Positions 20,392 to 30,633 of a DNA stretch of 64,000 nucleotides are shown piece by piece. The stretch's first letter is position 1, and every line of letters starts with the position of its first letter. The position numbers and the translations under genes were made by a program. The notes below the pieces were generated by a model, which worked only from the letters and a program-made list of their open reading frames with translations, did no database searches and was not told the DNA's origin. The DNA comes from Candidatus Enterousia sp. GTDB taxonomy: Bacteria; Pseudomonadota; Alphaproteobacteria; Rs-D84. The stretch spans positions 11,282 to 75,281 of the forward strand of contig JAZTYU010000005.1 of NCBI GenBank assembly GCA_045637165.1, in the 5' to 3' direction.

Positions 20392-20392
<1 letters not shown>
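19091..20392 (+). CDS. M16-family (pitrilysin/insulinase-like) zinc peptidase
   Basis: Inverted zinc motif HFCEHML (HxxEH). 433 aa. Starts directly after the queA stop. Confidence 0.8.
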
Positions 20393-22290
<1,898 letters not shown>

Positions 22291-22348
22291 AACGCTTGTA
22301 AAAAAACACATAACCCAATAATATTTACATAAAAACAAAGGGGGATTT

Positions 22349-23380
22349 ATGGCCAAGGCAAAGAAAGAAATCGAAGTAATCGATATGGGCGGTGTCAAGA
22401 CAGTAAAAAAGAAACAATCTGTTATCACCTGGACTAAACGCACAATTGCGATTGTAACAATTATTTGGTTTGCTATTGTTGGCTATGTCCCCTTGCATAT
22501 CAAGAACACATATTCGCAACCGATAAAGAAGTCTATTGTTGTATCGATGTTCTTTGACCTGCAAAAGGGTATTGTAAAGCAATACGAAGCGTTACTAGAA
22601 GGTGTTGCTGATTCTATAAACCTGGAAAAGCCAATCGCTGTTGCAATTGATGGTGTAAAGTTAGTTGAAAAGGGTGTGGACAAGGTAACGGATGCCACTG
22701 CCCAAGCCAAAGAAACAACGGCCAAGGCAACAGATGCGACATCTGATGCACGTGAAAAAACATCGGGCGTAAAGAAGTTGAGTGGTTTTGCAAAAATGTT
22801 TGGCGTAAACACAGACAGTGTTGACAAGGCCGTAAATGAAGTGGATAAGGGGCTGGACAAAGCGGATTCAGCAATCGCCCAGGCAAATACAGCCATAACC
22901 AAGGTTGATGACACTGCTGCCCGTGTAAATGCCCAACTGGACAAGGTCAAAGGCGATTTGACCCGTGTTGCCCAAACCGAAGTTGATAAAATGCTGGATT
23001 CTGCGATTAAAACTGCACTGGATAAGCAATCTGGTGGTCTGGGGACAACGTTATTGACTAACTATGGAATTGAACATGTTTATCCATGGCGTCCATCTAG
23101 TTGGCCGGTTGCAACCAAGATTTATAATGACCTGGCCCAATCTGATGTTACAACGATAACTGTTATCACGAACACAGTTGATAAATATTTTGGCTATGTT
23201 GCGTGGGGGTTGGTATTTGCGGCCTGGGCATTGGGTCTGTATATCTGGTCATTGTTCTTTAAAAAGGCCAAGGCAATATTAAAACCATTTAATGTTTGCC
23301 CACGTTGTGGTCATACCTATGCAGATAAACGGACTGCGCTGGGGTTATTAAAAGTGTTCCAGCCATGGCAATGGTTCTAA
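22349..23380 (+). CDS. hypothetical membrane protein: N-terminal TM, long Ala/Lys/Asp-rich helical region, C-terminal TM and CPRCGH motif
   Basis: GGGGGA RBS. TM IAIVTIIWFAIVGYV and WGLVFAAWALGLYIWSLFF. Apolipoprotein/LEA-like repeats (KATDATSDAREK, VDKGLDKADSAIAQAN). Confidence 0.55.
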   Translation: MAKAKKEIEVIDMGGVKTVKKKQSVITWTKRTIAIVTIIWFAIVGYVPLHIKNTYSQPIKKSIVVSMFFDLQKGIVKQYEALLEGVADSINLEKPIAVAIDGVKLVEKGVDKVTDATAQAKETTAKATDATSDAREKTSGVKKLSGFAKMFGVNTDSVDKAVNEVDKGLDKADSAIAQANTAITKVDDTAARVNAQLDKVKGDLTRVAQTEVDKMLDSAIKTALDKQSGGLGTTLLTNYGIEHVYPWRPSSWPVATKIYNDLAQSDVTTITVITNTVDKYFGYVAWGLVFAAWALGLYIWSLFFKKAKAILKPFNVCPRCGHTYADKRTALGLLKVFQPWQWF

Positions 23381-23391
23381 GAAATAACATT

Positions 23392-23417
23392 AAAAGCCCT
23401 GGGAAACAGGGTTTTTA
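23392..23417 (+). terminator. intrinsic terminator
   Basis: CCCTG-GGAAA-CAGGG, followed by TTTTT. Confidence 0.6.
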
Positions 23418-23437
23418 ATTTTTTTGTAAAAAAACAC

Positions 23438-23466
23438 TTGCATTAGTATAAAATATATGTCATTAT
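23438..23466 (+). promoter_or_regulatory. candidate sigma-70 promoter of tRNA-Gly
   Basis: TTGCAT-N17-CATTAT, ending 12 nt before the tRNA 5' end. Confidence 0.4.
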
Positions 23467-23478
23467 ACACGACGCAAT

Positions 23479-23555
23479 GCGAGCGTAGCTCAGTTGGCTA
23501 GAGCGCAACCTTGCCAAGGTTGAGGTCGAGGGTTCGAGCCCCTTTGCTCGCACCA
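23479..23555 (+). tRNA. tRNA-Gly (anticodon GCC), CCA encoded
   Basis: Cloverleaf folded by hand: acceptor GCGAGCG/UGCUCGC, anticodon loop UUGCCAA, T-loop UUCGAGC. Confidence 0.93.
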
Positions 23556-23562
23556 AAATTTT

Positions 23563-23590
23563 AAAAACCGTCCGTCAGGGCGGTTTTTTG
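23563..23590 (+). terminator. intrinsic terminator after tRNA-Gly
   Basis: ACCGTCC-GTCA-GGGCGGT, followed by TTTTTT. Confidence 0.65.
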
Positions 23591-23616
23591 ATTTTGCCGT
23601 GCAAAGGGGCGGCAGT

Positions 23617-24708
23617 TTACCGTGTGTTTTGATTTCTGTTTGGCAACAGTTTTTTTAGACCTTTTTCTATGCGTTTAACGTTGTCGGCGTTGCAAACACA
23701 GCCCTCGCAAGTATTGGTCGAACAAAACGCACATCCGTGTGGAAAATATTTCAAATGTCCCGATACGCTACCATACGCCATAGTGGCAAATTCGTGCATA
23801 TATTTCTGGTATATTGCTGCGTATTGCGGATATTTTGTCAGTGTCATCAGAAAACTGCCATAGTTTTGCACCAGTGCTGCGGAATATCTGCGACGTGCCC
23901 GCCATGACGGCATATTGTTTTCATAGTCCGTCAGTGAACCAGAACGCCGGTTATATAAATATATACTATCACGAACGGTTGAAATTATGTTTGCGTGCAA
24001 TACTGCCAGCGAGCAAAACAAGATGTCTTCGTCCAGCGGCATGTCGATTTCGAACCGCAAATTATGGCGATCCAGAAAATCGCGGCGATAAATTGCAAAA
24101 TTTGCACTTTCACGGTCAAAAGATTGTAAAATCATAATTTTTTTGTCATTTAATTTTGTGCCAAATGTCCGGTCTTTGTTGTATGTCAGGACAGTGATTA
24201 TTGATGTTTGTTTTTGTATCCCGACTTTGCCACCCATAACGATTTCTGCGTTGTTTTTTTTAGCGGCGTCAATCATTCGTGTAAAATAGTTTCTGTCGCC
24301 CAACAGTTGTTTTGGAAATCCTGCTTTGACCTGACCTTTTTTATAAATCATATTTCCGTGTTTTGGGTCATCGATAGTTTTTTCGATAAACGGGGCAATC
24401 TTTTTGAATTTTACACCAATCATATCATCTGCATCGACAAAGCTGATAAATTCACCACGGGCCATTTCCATACCACGGTTGCGTGCTGCGGATACGCCCA
24501 GATTTCGTTGACATTCCAATTCAATATTATGATGTTTTATTGAATAATCCTGGACAATGCACAGTCCATTATCAGTTGAACCGTCATCAACAACAATTAC
24601 CTGAAATTCAGTAAATCCGTTTTGCACGACGATACTGTCCAGACATTGTTGAATATACTGGGCCGTGTTATGCATGGGTATAATAATCGACAGATACGGA
24701 TTCTTCAT
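23617..24708 (-). CDS. glycosyltransferase family 2 (GT-A) with Cys-rich C-terminal tail
   Basis: LSIIIPMHNTAQYIQQCLDSIVVQ...VIVVDDGSTD; DADD (DxD). C-terminus CAFCSTNTCEGCVC. Confidence 0.8.
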   Translation of the reverse strand: MKNPYLSIIIPMHNTAQYIQQCLDSIVVQNGFTEFQVIVVDDGSTDNGLCIVQDYSIKHHNIELECQRNLGVSAARNRGMEMARGEFISFVDADDMIGVKFKKIAPFIEKTIDDPKHGNMIYKKGQVKAGFPKQLLGDRNYFTRMIDAAKKNNAEIVMGGKVGIQKQTSIITVLTYNKDRTFGTKLNDKKIMILQSFDRESANFAIYRRDFLDRHNLRFEIDMPLDEDILFCSLAVLHANIISTVRDSIYLYNRRSGSLTDYENNMPSWRARRRYSAALVQNYGSFLMTLTKYPQYAAIYQKYMHEFATMAYGSVSGHLKYFPHGCAFCSTNTCEGCVCNADNVKRIEKGLKKLLPNRNQNTR

Positions 24709-24883
24709 ACTATAAATGTAGCATAAAATAGTGATTTGTCAACATTTTATGGGATTATACATATTTTTCTTTACTTTCTTGAAAATATGTATAATAATCC
24801 AAGGCAACAAGATAAAACACAGTAATGAATTATACATCTAAACGTTTTAACTAGGCAAGGTGCGACCAACAGATTTACAAACT

Positions 24884-24913
24884 GCGGGCGCACTTTTCTG
24901 CGTCCGTTTTTTT
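24884..24913 (+). terminator. intrinsic terminator inside the lysS leader (candidate attenuator or end of an sRNA)
   Basis: Stem CGGGCGCA / TGCGTCCG (one G-U pair), loop CTTTTC, then T7. It ends 30 nt before the lysS ATG. Confidence 0.55.
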
Positions 24914-24943
24914 AATAATTCAACAACCCAAGGGAAAAATAAA

Positions 24944-26419
24944 ATGTCAGAAAATACAACAAACACAGCGATTTCAACAAATGAACTAACGGCACGTCTG
25001 CAAAAGGCAGAAAACATCCGTGCCCGTGACGGTGTTGTATGGAAAGACAAATTTGACCGCACGCATACAATTGCGTCTGCCCGTGAATTGCCAGATGGCA
25101 CACCCGTAAAGTTGGCGGGGCGTATTACTGCCTTGCGTTGGCTGGGCAAATTGATGTTTGGTCGTATTTATGACATTGACGGTGAAATTCAGTTTTCAAT
25201 GTCTCGTGAAGAATTGGGCGAAGAAGTTTACAAGTTTATGAAGGCGAACGTTGACCTGGGGGATTTTATTGGCATAACTGGCGAATTATATCATACGACT
25301 GCGGGTGAATTGACGGTCAAGGTGTCGGCCTATGAAATTTTGTCCAAGGCCCTGCGCCCATTGCCCGAAAAGTTCCACGGATTAACAGATATGGAAACCC
25401 GCTATCGCCAGCGTTATCTGGACATTATTGCAAATCCAGAAACGCGTCGTGTAATGAAGATGCGTTTTCAAATGTTGCGTTTAATTCGTGAATATCTGAA
25501 CAGCAATGGTTTTACCGAGGTGGAAACCCCAATCATGCAGGTTGTGGCCAGTGGTGCGGCGGCCCGTCCATTTATCACACATCATAATGCATTGGATGCT
25601 GATTTTTATCTGCGTATTGCCCCAGAATTATTCTTGAAACAGACAATTGCGGCAGGTTTTGACCGTGTTTATGAACTGGGCAAGAACTTCCGTAACGAAG
25701 GTATGGACGCAATGCACCTGCAAGAATTTACAATGCTGGAATGGTATGCGGCATATTGGGATTATCATCGCAATATTGAGTTTTCATGGGCAATGATTCA
25801 GAAAATCTTGATGGAATTGCGTGGCACATTGCAGATTGAATATCAGGGGACTCAGTTAGATTTCTCGAAATACGAAGAAATCGACTACACAGCTCGTATG
25901 AATGAATTACTAGGGGTTGATATCTTGGAATTCAAGGACACGGATGCATTAAAATCGCAACTGGTTGCCCAGGGAATGTTCCCGGCAGATGAGCTGGAAC
26001 CGTTAAAGTCTGTTCCTGCAATTGTTGACTATGTATTCAAACGCAAGATTCGTGACCAGATTGTTCAACCAGCGATTGTTCACAATTATCCGGCGTATTT
26101 GATACCTTTGGCACGTCGCAACAATGATGACAGCCGACGTATCGACATATTCCAGTTGATTGTATGTGGAGCAGAATTGATAAAGGCGTATTCTGAATTG
26201 GTTGACCCAATTGTTCAGCGTGCTGCATTCGAAGAACAGGCCGCCAACAAGGCTGCCGGTGATGACGAGGCCTTTGACTTGGACGAAGACTTCTTGCGTG
26301 CTATGGAACACGGTATGCCACCAATTTCTGGTTTGGGCTTGGGAATTGACAGATTCTTTTCAATTATCGCAGACCAACCAACATTGCGTGATGTGATACT
26401 GTTCCCGATAATGAAATGA
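24944..26419 (+). CDS. lysS: lysyl-tRNA synthetase, class II
   Basis: OB-fold N-domain. Class II motifs (FRNEG, ELxxAYSEL, GLGLGIDR). ATG 24944 preceded by AAGGGA. Confidence 0.95.
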   Translation: MSENTTNTAISTNELTARLQKAENIRARDGVVWKDKFDRTHTIASARELPDGTPVKLAGRITALRWLGKLMFGRIYDIDGEIQFSMSREELGEEVYKFMKANVDLGDFIGITGELYHTTAGELTVKVSAYEILSKALRPLPEKFHGLTDMETRYRQRYLDIIANPETRRVMKMRFQMLRLIREYLNSNGFTEVETPIMQVVASGAAARPFITHHNALDADFYLRIAPELFLKQTIAAGFDRVYELGKNFRNEGMDAMHLQEFTMLEWYAAYWDYHRNIEFSWAMIQKILMELRGTLQIEYQGTQLDFSKYEEIDYTARMNELLGVDILEFKDTDALKSQLVAQGMFPADELEPLKSVPAIVDYVFKRKIRDQIVQPAIVHNYPAYLIPLARRNNDDSRRIDIFQLIVCGAELIKAYSELVDPIVQRAAFEEQAANKAAGDDEAFDLDEDFLRAMEHGMPPISGLGLGIDRFFSIIADQPTLRDVILFPIMK

Positions 26420-26437
26420 TGAACCAAGGGGGGTAAA

Positions 26438-27838
26438 ATGTCGCAGATTGGTATTGATACATTGGCCCAAGATATGGCCGCTGATAACGACAGACGGAAT
26501 CTGGCGGCGATTGACCGTGCGTTGAACGAAGGACGCATCAACGAAGAAGCGGCCAACCATCTGAAAGTCTTGTATTCTGACAGTATGCACTGGTTCCGAG
26601 AGGTTTTTTATGTTCTGGGCAAATGCTTTGGTGCACCCAAGACAGCGGTTATGCGTTATGACTATGAAACCGACCAAGCCATCGAAGAACCTATATCGAT
26701 ATCTGATATAAATCCGCTGTCGCCATACATTGTTCATCATCGTTTGGACAATGACCCAATGCGTAATCAGTTTTTTGCCAGTTCTGCAGGACATAAAATT
26801 GATTTGGCTGTATCTTCAATCGTAACTGTTATTGTTGGTGCACAAAAGAATATCAATCGTGCCCTGACCAAGATAACGGGCAAATACTATGCATCCTATG
26901 TGAACGAGGTTGCAGACACAGTCTATCGTGTGATTGCATCGCACGAACGTGAAGCGTCCGCCCGTGCTATTGCGATCAAAATTCGTGAACGTCTAAGCCA
27001 GCGTTATATTTCAACGCCGTCTGAAACAGTGTTGTCAATTATTGGTTCTGGGCATGAAAAGATTGCTGTTGACCTAGTTCGTGCCTTGGACAAGGTTGAA
27101 CGGCCTCGCATGCGTTTACAGGATGTTTGGCGTGTAAAATGTCTGTTTGATTTGATTCCCCAGGCCCGAACATTTATTGAACGCTTGCAAGCAATGATGC
27201 CTGAACGCATTTTGTCTGTGCGTGACAGTTTTTATAATATGAAAAACCCACGCAATTACCGTGATGCCAAGATAATATTGAATATTGGTCCAAACCCAGA
27301 AACGATAATTCCAATGGAAATTATATGTCAGGTCCGCACATTCTTTGGCTTTGAAAGTAAAACGCACGATGTTTACGAGGTCGCACGTAAAAAGAAATGC
27401 ACCCGTTCCGATAATATGGAGGCCAAGCTGGCCCTGTTCTACGAGCAAGGTGTCAAAGAATACAATCGCATGATATGCGATTGTTTGTCTGATTTATTTG
27501 ACAGGGTAGGGTGGAATTTGCTGTATTCACAGGGCGATTCCGTTGCCATGTTTGAGGGCTTTCCACGTGAATGTAAACTATATTATCCGCAAAAGATTCT
27601 GGATAATATAAATGAAAAACTGGACGATGCGATTGAAAACGAAGTTTTTCGCATTACAAATGCACCTGTCAAACTATCCAGGGTCCAAGAAGCCCAAATT
27701 TTCCACTTTATGGCACGATTTGTTTTGGTTTCTGCGATGCCATATATGCAGCGTGATTGGGCGATGCCTACCGCAACGCAGGCAGGTAAATTATTTAACT
27801 TTGTTATGACGGAAATTCAGCGTTATTACAAAAAGTAA
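26438..27838 (+). CDS. hypothetical protein with a divergent RelA/SpoT-like (pol-beta-type nucleotidyltransferase) core
   Basis: Starts 18 nt after the lysS stop with RBS AAGGGGGG. By eye, LQDVWRVKCLFD resembles DxxGxRxICxF, RNYRDAKIIL resembles GYRSLHLI, and IPMEIICQVRTFFGFESKTHDVYEVARK resembles EIQIRT...H..YK. Confidence 0.45.
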   Translation: MSQIGIDTLAQDMAADNDRRNLAAIDRALNEGRINEEAANHLKVLYSDSMHWFREVFYVLGKCFGAPKTAVMRYDYETDQAIEEPISISDINPLSPYIVHHRLDNDPMRNQFFASSAGHKIDLAVSSIVTVIVGAQKNINRALTKITGKYYASYVNEVADTVYRVIASHEREASARAIAIKIRERLSQRYISTPSETVLSIIGSGHEKIAVDLVRALDKVERPRMRLQDVWRVKCLFDLIPQARTFIERLQAMMPERILSVRDSFYNMKNPRNYRDAKIILNIGPNPETIIPMEIICQVRTFFGFESKTHDVYEVARKKKCTRSDNMEAKLALFYEQGVKEYNRMICDCLSDLFDRVGWNLLYSQGDSVAMFEGFPRECKLYYPQKILDNINEKLDDAIENEVFRITNAPVKLSRVQEAQIFHFMARFVLVSAMPYMQRDWAMPTATQAGKLFNFVMTEIQRYYKK

Positions 27839-27849
27839 TCTGTATTTTA

Positions 27850-27877
27850 AGTCCCCCAGATTATTGGGGGATTTTTA
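27850..27877 (+). terminator. intrinsic terminator after the lysS / RSH-like pair
   Basis: TCCCCC-loop-GGGGGA, followed by TTTTT. Confidence 0.75.
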
Positions 27878-27919
27878 TTCCCCTTGCTTTCATGCACAAA
27901 AAATGTAAAAATAATATCA

Positions 27920-27944
27920 GGTTCTGAACGTGCTTCGCAGAACC
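27920..27944 (+). promoter_or_regulatory. hairpin in the cold-shock gene 5' UTR
   Basis: GGTTCTG...CAGAACC 7-bp stem, 27 nt upstream of the ATG. Confidence 0.35.
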
Positions 27945-27971
27945 ATAACAGCATAAGGAAAGGATAGGATT

Positions 27972-28313
27972 ATGCGTCAAGGAAAAGTAAGATGGTATAA
28001 CGGAAAAAAATGTTTTGGCTTTATTATGCCTGACACACCAAACGCAGACGGCAACACAGATGATGTATTTGTTCATTCCAGTTCGTTAAAGGCCGCCGGC
28101 ATCAGATTTTTGAACGAAAACGACATTGTCGAATTCGAAGAAGAAGTTCGCAATGGCAAATTATCTGCAACAACTATTGCTGTTGTTCAACGTGACGAAG
28201 AATCCGCCCGTCGTTTCCAGGAACGTCGTGCTGAACGTCGTCGTGCTGTCGAAGAACGCAAACAACGTGAAGATAAATCATCACGTCGTGGATTTGCATT
28301 CTGGAAAAAATAA
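27972..28313 (+). CDS. cold-shock domain protein with Arg/Glu-rich C-terminal extension
   Basis: RNP1-like KCFGFI, RNP2-like VFVHSS. About 45-aa tail RRFQERRAERRRAVEERKQRED. Confidence 0.85.
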   Translation: MRQGKVRWYNGKKCFGFIMPDTPNADGNTDDVFVHSSSLKAAGIRFLNENDIVEFEEEVRNGKLSATTIAVVQRDEESARRFQERRAERRRAVEERKQREDKSSRRGFAFWKK

Positions 28314-28325
28314 TTTTTATATCTC

Positions 28326-28356
28326 AAAAAAAGCACCCCGTTTGGGGTGTTTTTTT
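28326..28356 (+). terminator. intrinsic terminator after the csp gene
   Basis: CACCCC-GTTT-GGGGTG, followed by T7. Confidence 0.8.
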
Positions 28357-28416
28357 ATGAACTTATTGCAAAGCAGAAAAACAAGGTATAAAATTGCAAA
28401 AAAAGGAGTTTTTATT

Positions 28417-28956
28417 ATGTGGACCACAATCGCAGTCGTTGCTATTATTGTTTTGTATTTTATTGCTGTTTACAATGGATTGGTTGCCCGTCGTAATCAG
28501 GCACGTGAGGCCTGGGCAACAATTGATACCCAGTTAAAACGTCGCTATGATTTGATTCCAAATTTGGTTGAAACAGTTCGTGGTGCGGCAAAACATGAAT
28601 CTGAAACATTGTCTGCGGTAACGACTGCCCGTAATGCGGCGATGGCGGCCAACGGTCCAACATCTGGCGATGCCCAGAATAAATTGACCCAAACATTAAA
28701 AAGTTTGTTTGCTGTTGCAGAAAGTTATCCAGATTTAAAGGCGAACGAAAACTTTCTGGAATTACAGCGTGAATTGACCGACACAGAAACCAAGATTCAG
28801 GCCGCTCGTCAGTTTTATAACACGGTTGTAATGGCGTTGAACACCCAAATTGAACAATTTCCATCAAATATTGTTGCACGGATGTTCGGTATTTTGCCTG
28901 AAAAAATGTTTGAAATTGATGAATCAGAAAAGGTTGCACCAAAGGTAAAGTTCTAA
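28417..28956 (+). CDS. lemA: LemA-family membrane protein
   Basis: AAGGAG RBS. N-terminal TM then YNGLVARRNQAREAWATIDTQLKRRYDLIPNLVETV (LemA signature). Confidence 0.88.
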   Translation: MWTTIAVVAIIVLYFIAVYNGLVARRNQAREAWATIDTQLKRRYDLIPNLVETVRGAAKHESETLSAVTTARNAAMAANGPTSGDAQNKLTQTLKSLFAVAESYPDLKANENFLELQRELTDTETKIQAARQFYNTVVMALNTQIEQFPSNIVARMFGILPEKMFEIDESEKVAPKVKF

Positions 28957-28957
28957 G

Positions 28958-29815
28958 ATGTCCCAAGATTTCACATTACACACCCACACAAACCTGTTTG
29001 ACGGTAAAAATACTGTTCGTGAAATGATTGCGGCCGCCAAAAAGTCTGGTATGCAGGCAATTGGGATTTCTGACCACTTTATTGTGCATCCTGATATTCC
29101 GACAACCAAGGCGTATGCTGCGGCGGCACGTGGTGGGTATGCAAAAATGTATATGGATAACTTTGATGAAGTTATCCGGGCATTTCAACGGCATTATGAT
29201 GAAATTCGCCAAATTGCAGAAAGCGAAACAATCCAGGTCCTGTGCGGAATGGAAGTGGACTTTTTTGATAGCCCTGATTGGCGACGTAGCTTTGAGCACG
29301 CATTAAAGGTCTTAAAACCAGACTATGTTATTGGTTCTGGACATTTTATTGAATACGGTGGCACAGTATGCAACGTTCACGACATTGCAAATGCAGAACC
29401 TGATGAATCTGACAGAATGCTAACAGAATATTGGGCCAAGATTCAAAGAATTGCCCGTTCTGGAATGTTTAATTGGCTTGCCCACCTTGATTTGCCAAAA
29501 AAATGCAATCTGGGGCAGGATAAAAAGTGGCAGACAGCCGAAGCCCAGACAATCCAGGCGATTTCGGATTCTGGTGCAAGTATTGAAATAAATACCAAGG
29601 GACTTTCATTGCCGTATAACGAGCCTTATCCATCATCACGTATTTTGAAAATGGTGGCTGATGCGAATATCCCTGTTCTTATCAGTGATGACGCACACTC
29701 TGTTGACCAGGTGCACAGGGGATTTGAAGAAGCGGAACGCTTTGCATGTGAAAATGGTGTAAAAAACCGACTGGCATTACAGAAAATACTTGATTTTTCA
29801 AAAAAAAGCCTATAA
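28958..29815 (+). CDS. PHP-domain phosphoesterase (HisJ-type histidinol-phosphatase family)
   Basis: HTHTNLFDG, ISDH, MEVD, SGH, HLD, DAH metal-ligand pattern. Starts 1 nt after the lemA stop. Confidence 0.75.
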   Translation: MSQDFTLHTHTNLFDGKNTVREMIAAAKKSGMQAIGISDHFIVHPDIPTTKAYAAAARGGYAKMYMDNFDEVIRAFQRHYDEIRQIAESETIQVLCGMEVDFFDSPDWRRSFEHALKVLKPDYVIGSGHFIEYGGTVCNVHDIANAEPDESDRMLTEYWAKIQRIARSGMFNWLAHLDLPKKCNLGQDKKWQTAEAQTIQAISDSGASIEINTKGLSLPYNEPYPSSRILKMVADANIPVLISDDAHSVDQVHRGFEEAERFACENGVKNRLALQKILDFSKKSL

Positions 29816-29818
29816 AAT

Positions 29819-29866
29819 ACCGCCTGCTGGGTAATCAGAACTGATTAAGCGGCGGTGCTTTTTTTG
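29819..29866 (+). terminator. long-hairpin intrinsic terminator
   Basis: ACCGCC(T)GC...TAATCAG-AA-CTGATTA...GCGGCGGT, followed by T7. Confidence 0.7.
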
Positions 29867-29945
29867 GTCCCGCCTGCGATAAGGATTCTGTTCTTGGTTA
29901 TGAACACCCGGCACCGTAAAACCAAAAAACAAAGGAAAATAAACT

Positions 29946-30578
29946 ATGGCAAGAGCAGGTGCAAAGCGTAGCACACGCAAATTGAAAATCGGACGTAGCC
30001 TGGGCGTAAACTTGTGGGGTCAGGCGAAATCTCCATTCAACAAACGTAAATATAAACCTGGTCAGCACGGTCCAACATCTCGTGGTGGCAACTCATCTGA
30101 TTATGCAAAACAGATGCGTGCAAAACAGACCTTAAAGGGTTATTATGGTAATATCGGCGAAAAGAAATTCCGCAAATATTATATCGAAGCAAACAATATG
30201 AAGGGTGACACACCAGAAAATTTGATTGGTTTGTTGGAACGTCGTTTGGACGCAGTTGTATATCGTGCAAAATTGGCACCAACTGTATTCTCTTCACGTC
30301 AGTTGATTAGCCACGGTCATATCAACGTAAATGGCAAACGTGTAAAGATTGCATCATACCAGGTAAAACCAGGCGATGTTATCACAGTCAGCGAAAAAGC
30401 AAAGCAGATGCCATTGGTTGTTTTGGCGTTGGAATCTGGCGAACGCACTTTTGCAGACTATGTTTCTGTTGACAGTGCAAACTTCACAGCGACATTTGTT
30501 CGTGTTCCAGCATTCGAAGACGTTCCATATCCTGTTCAGATGTTCCCAGAATTGGTCGTCGAATTCTATTCTCGCTAA
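29946..30578 (+). CDS. rpsD: 30S ribosomal protein S4
   Basis: Recognisable throughout (YGVQLREKQK-type region, S4 RNA-binding domain LERRLD.VVYR). Confidence 0.96.
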   Translation: MARAGAKRSTRKLKIGRSLGVNLWGQAKSPFNKRKYKPGQHGPTSRGGNSSDYAKQMRAKQTLKGYYGNIGEKKFRKYYIEANNMKGDTPENLIGLLERRLDAVVYRAKLAPTVFSSRQLISHGHINVNGKRVKIASYQVKPGDVITVSEKAKQMPLVVLALESGERTFADYVSVDSANFTATFVRVPAFEDVPYPVQMFPELVVEFYSR

Positions 30579-30593
30579 TAGAAATATTGGAAA

Positions 30594-30625
30594 TAAAAAA
30601 GTCCCGGTTTGCCGGGATTTTTTTG
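30594..30625. terminator. bidirectional intrinsic terminator (rpsD / xer)
   Basis: AAAAAAG-TCCCGG-TTTG-CCGGGA-T7. Confidence 0.8.
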
Positions 30626-30633
30626 TGTTTTTT

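Noticed and set aside
24825-24854. 9-codon leader peptide ORF (MNYTSKRFN) in the lysS leader
   Set aside because: It has no SD and only one Lys codon, so there is no evidence for classical peptide-mediated attenuation. It is mentioned only within the leader finding.
28126-28416. N-terminal extension of the lemA track ORF overlapping the csp gene
   Set aside because: It runs through the csp coding region and its terminator. AAGGAG plus ATG at 28417 fits the LemA N-terminal TM.
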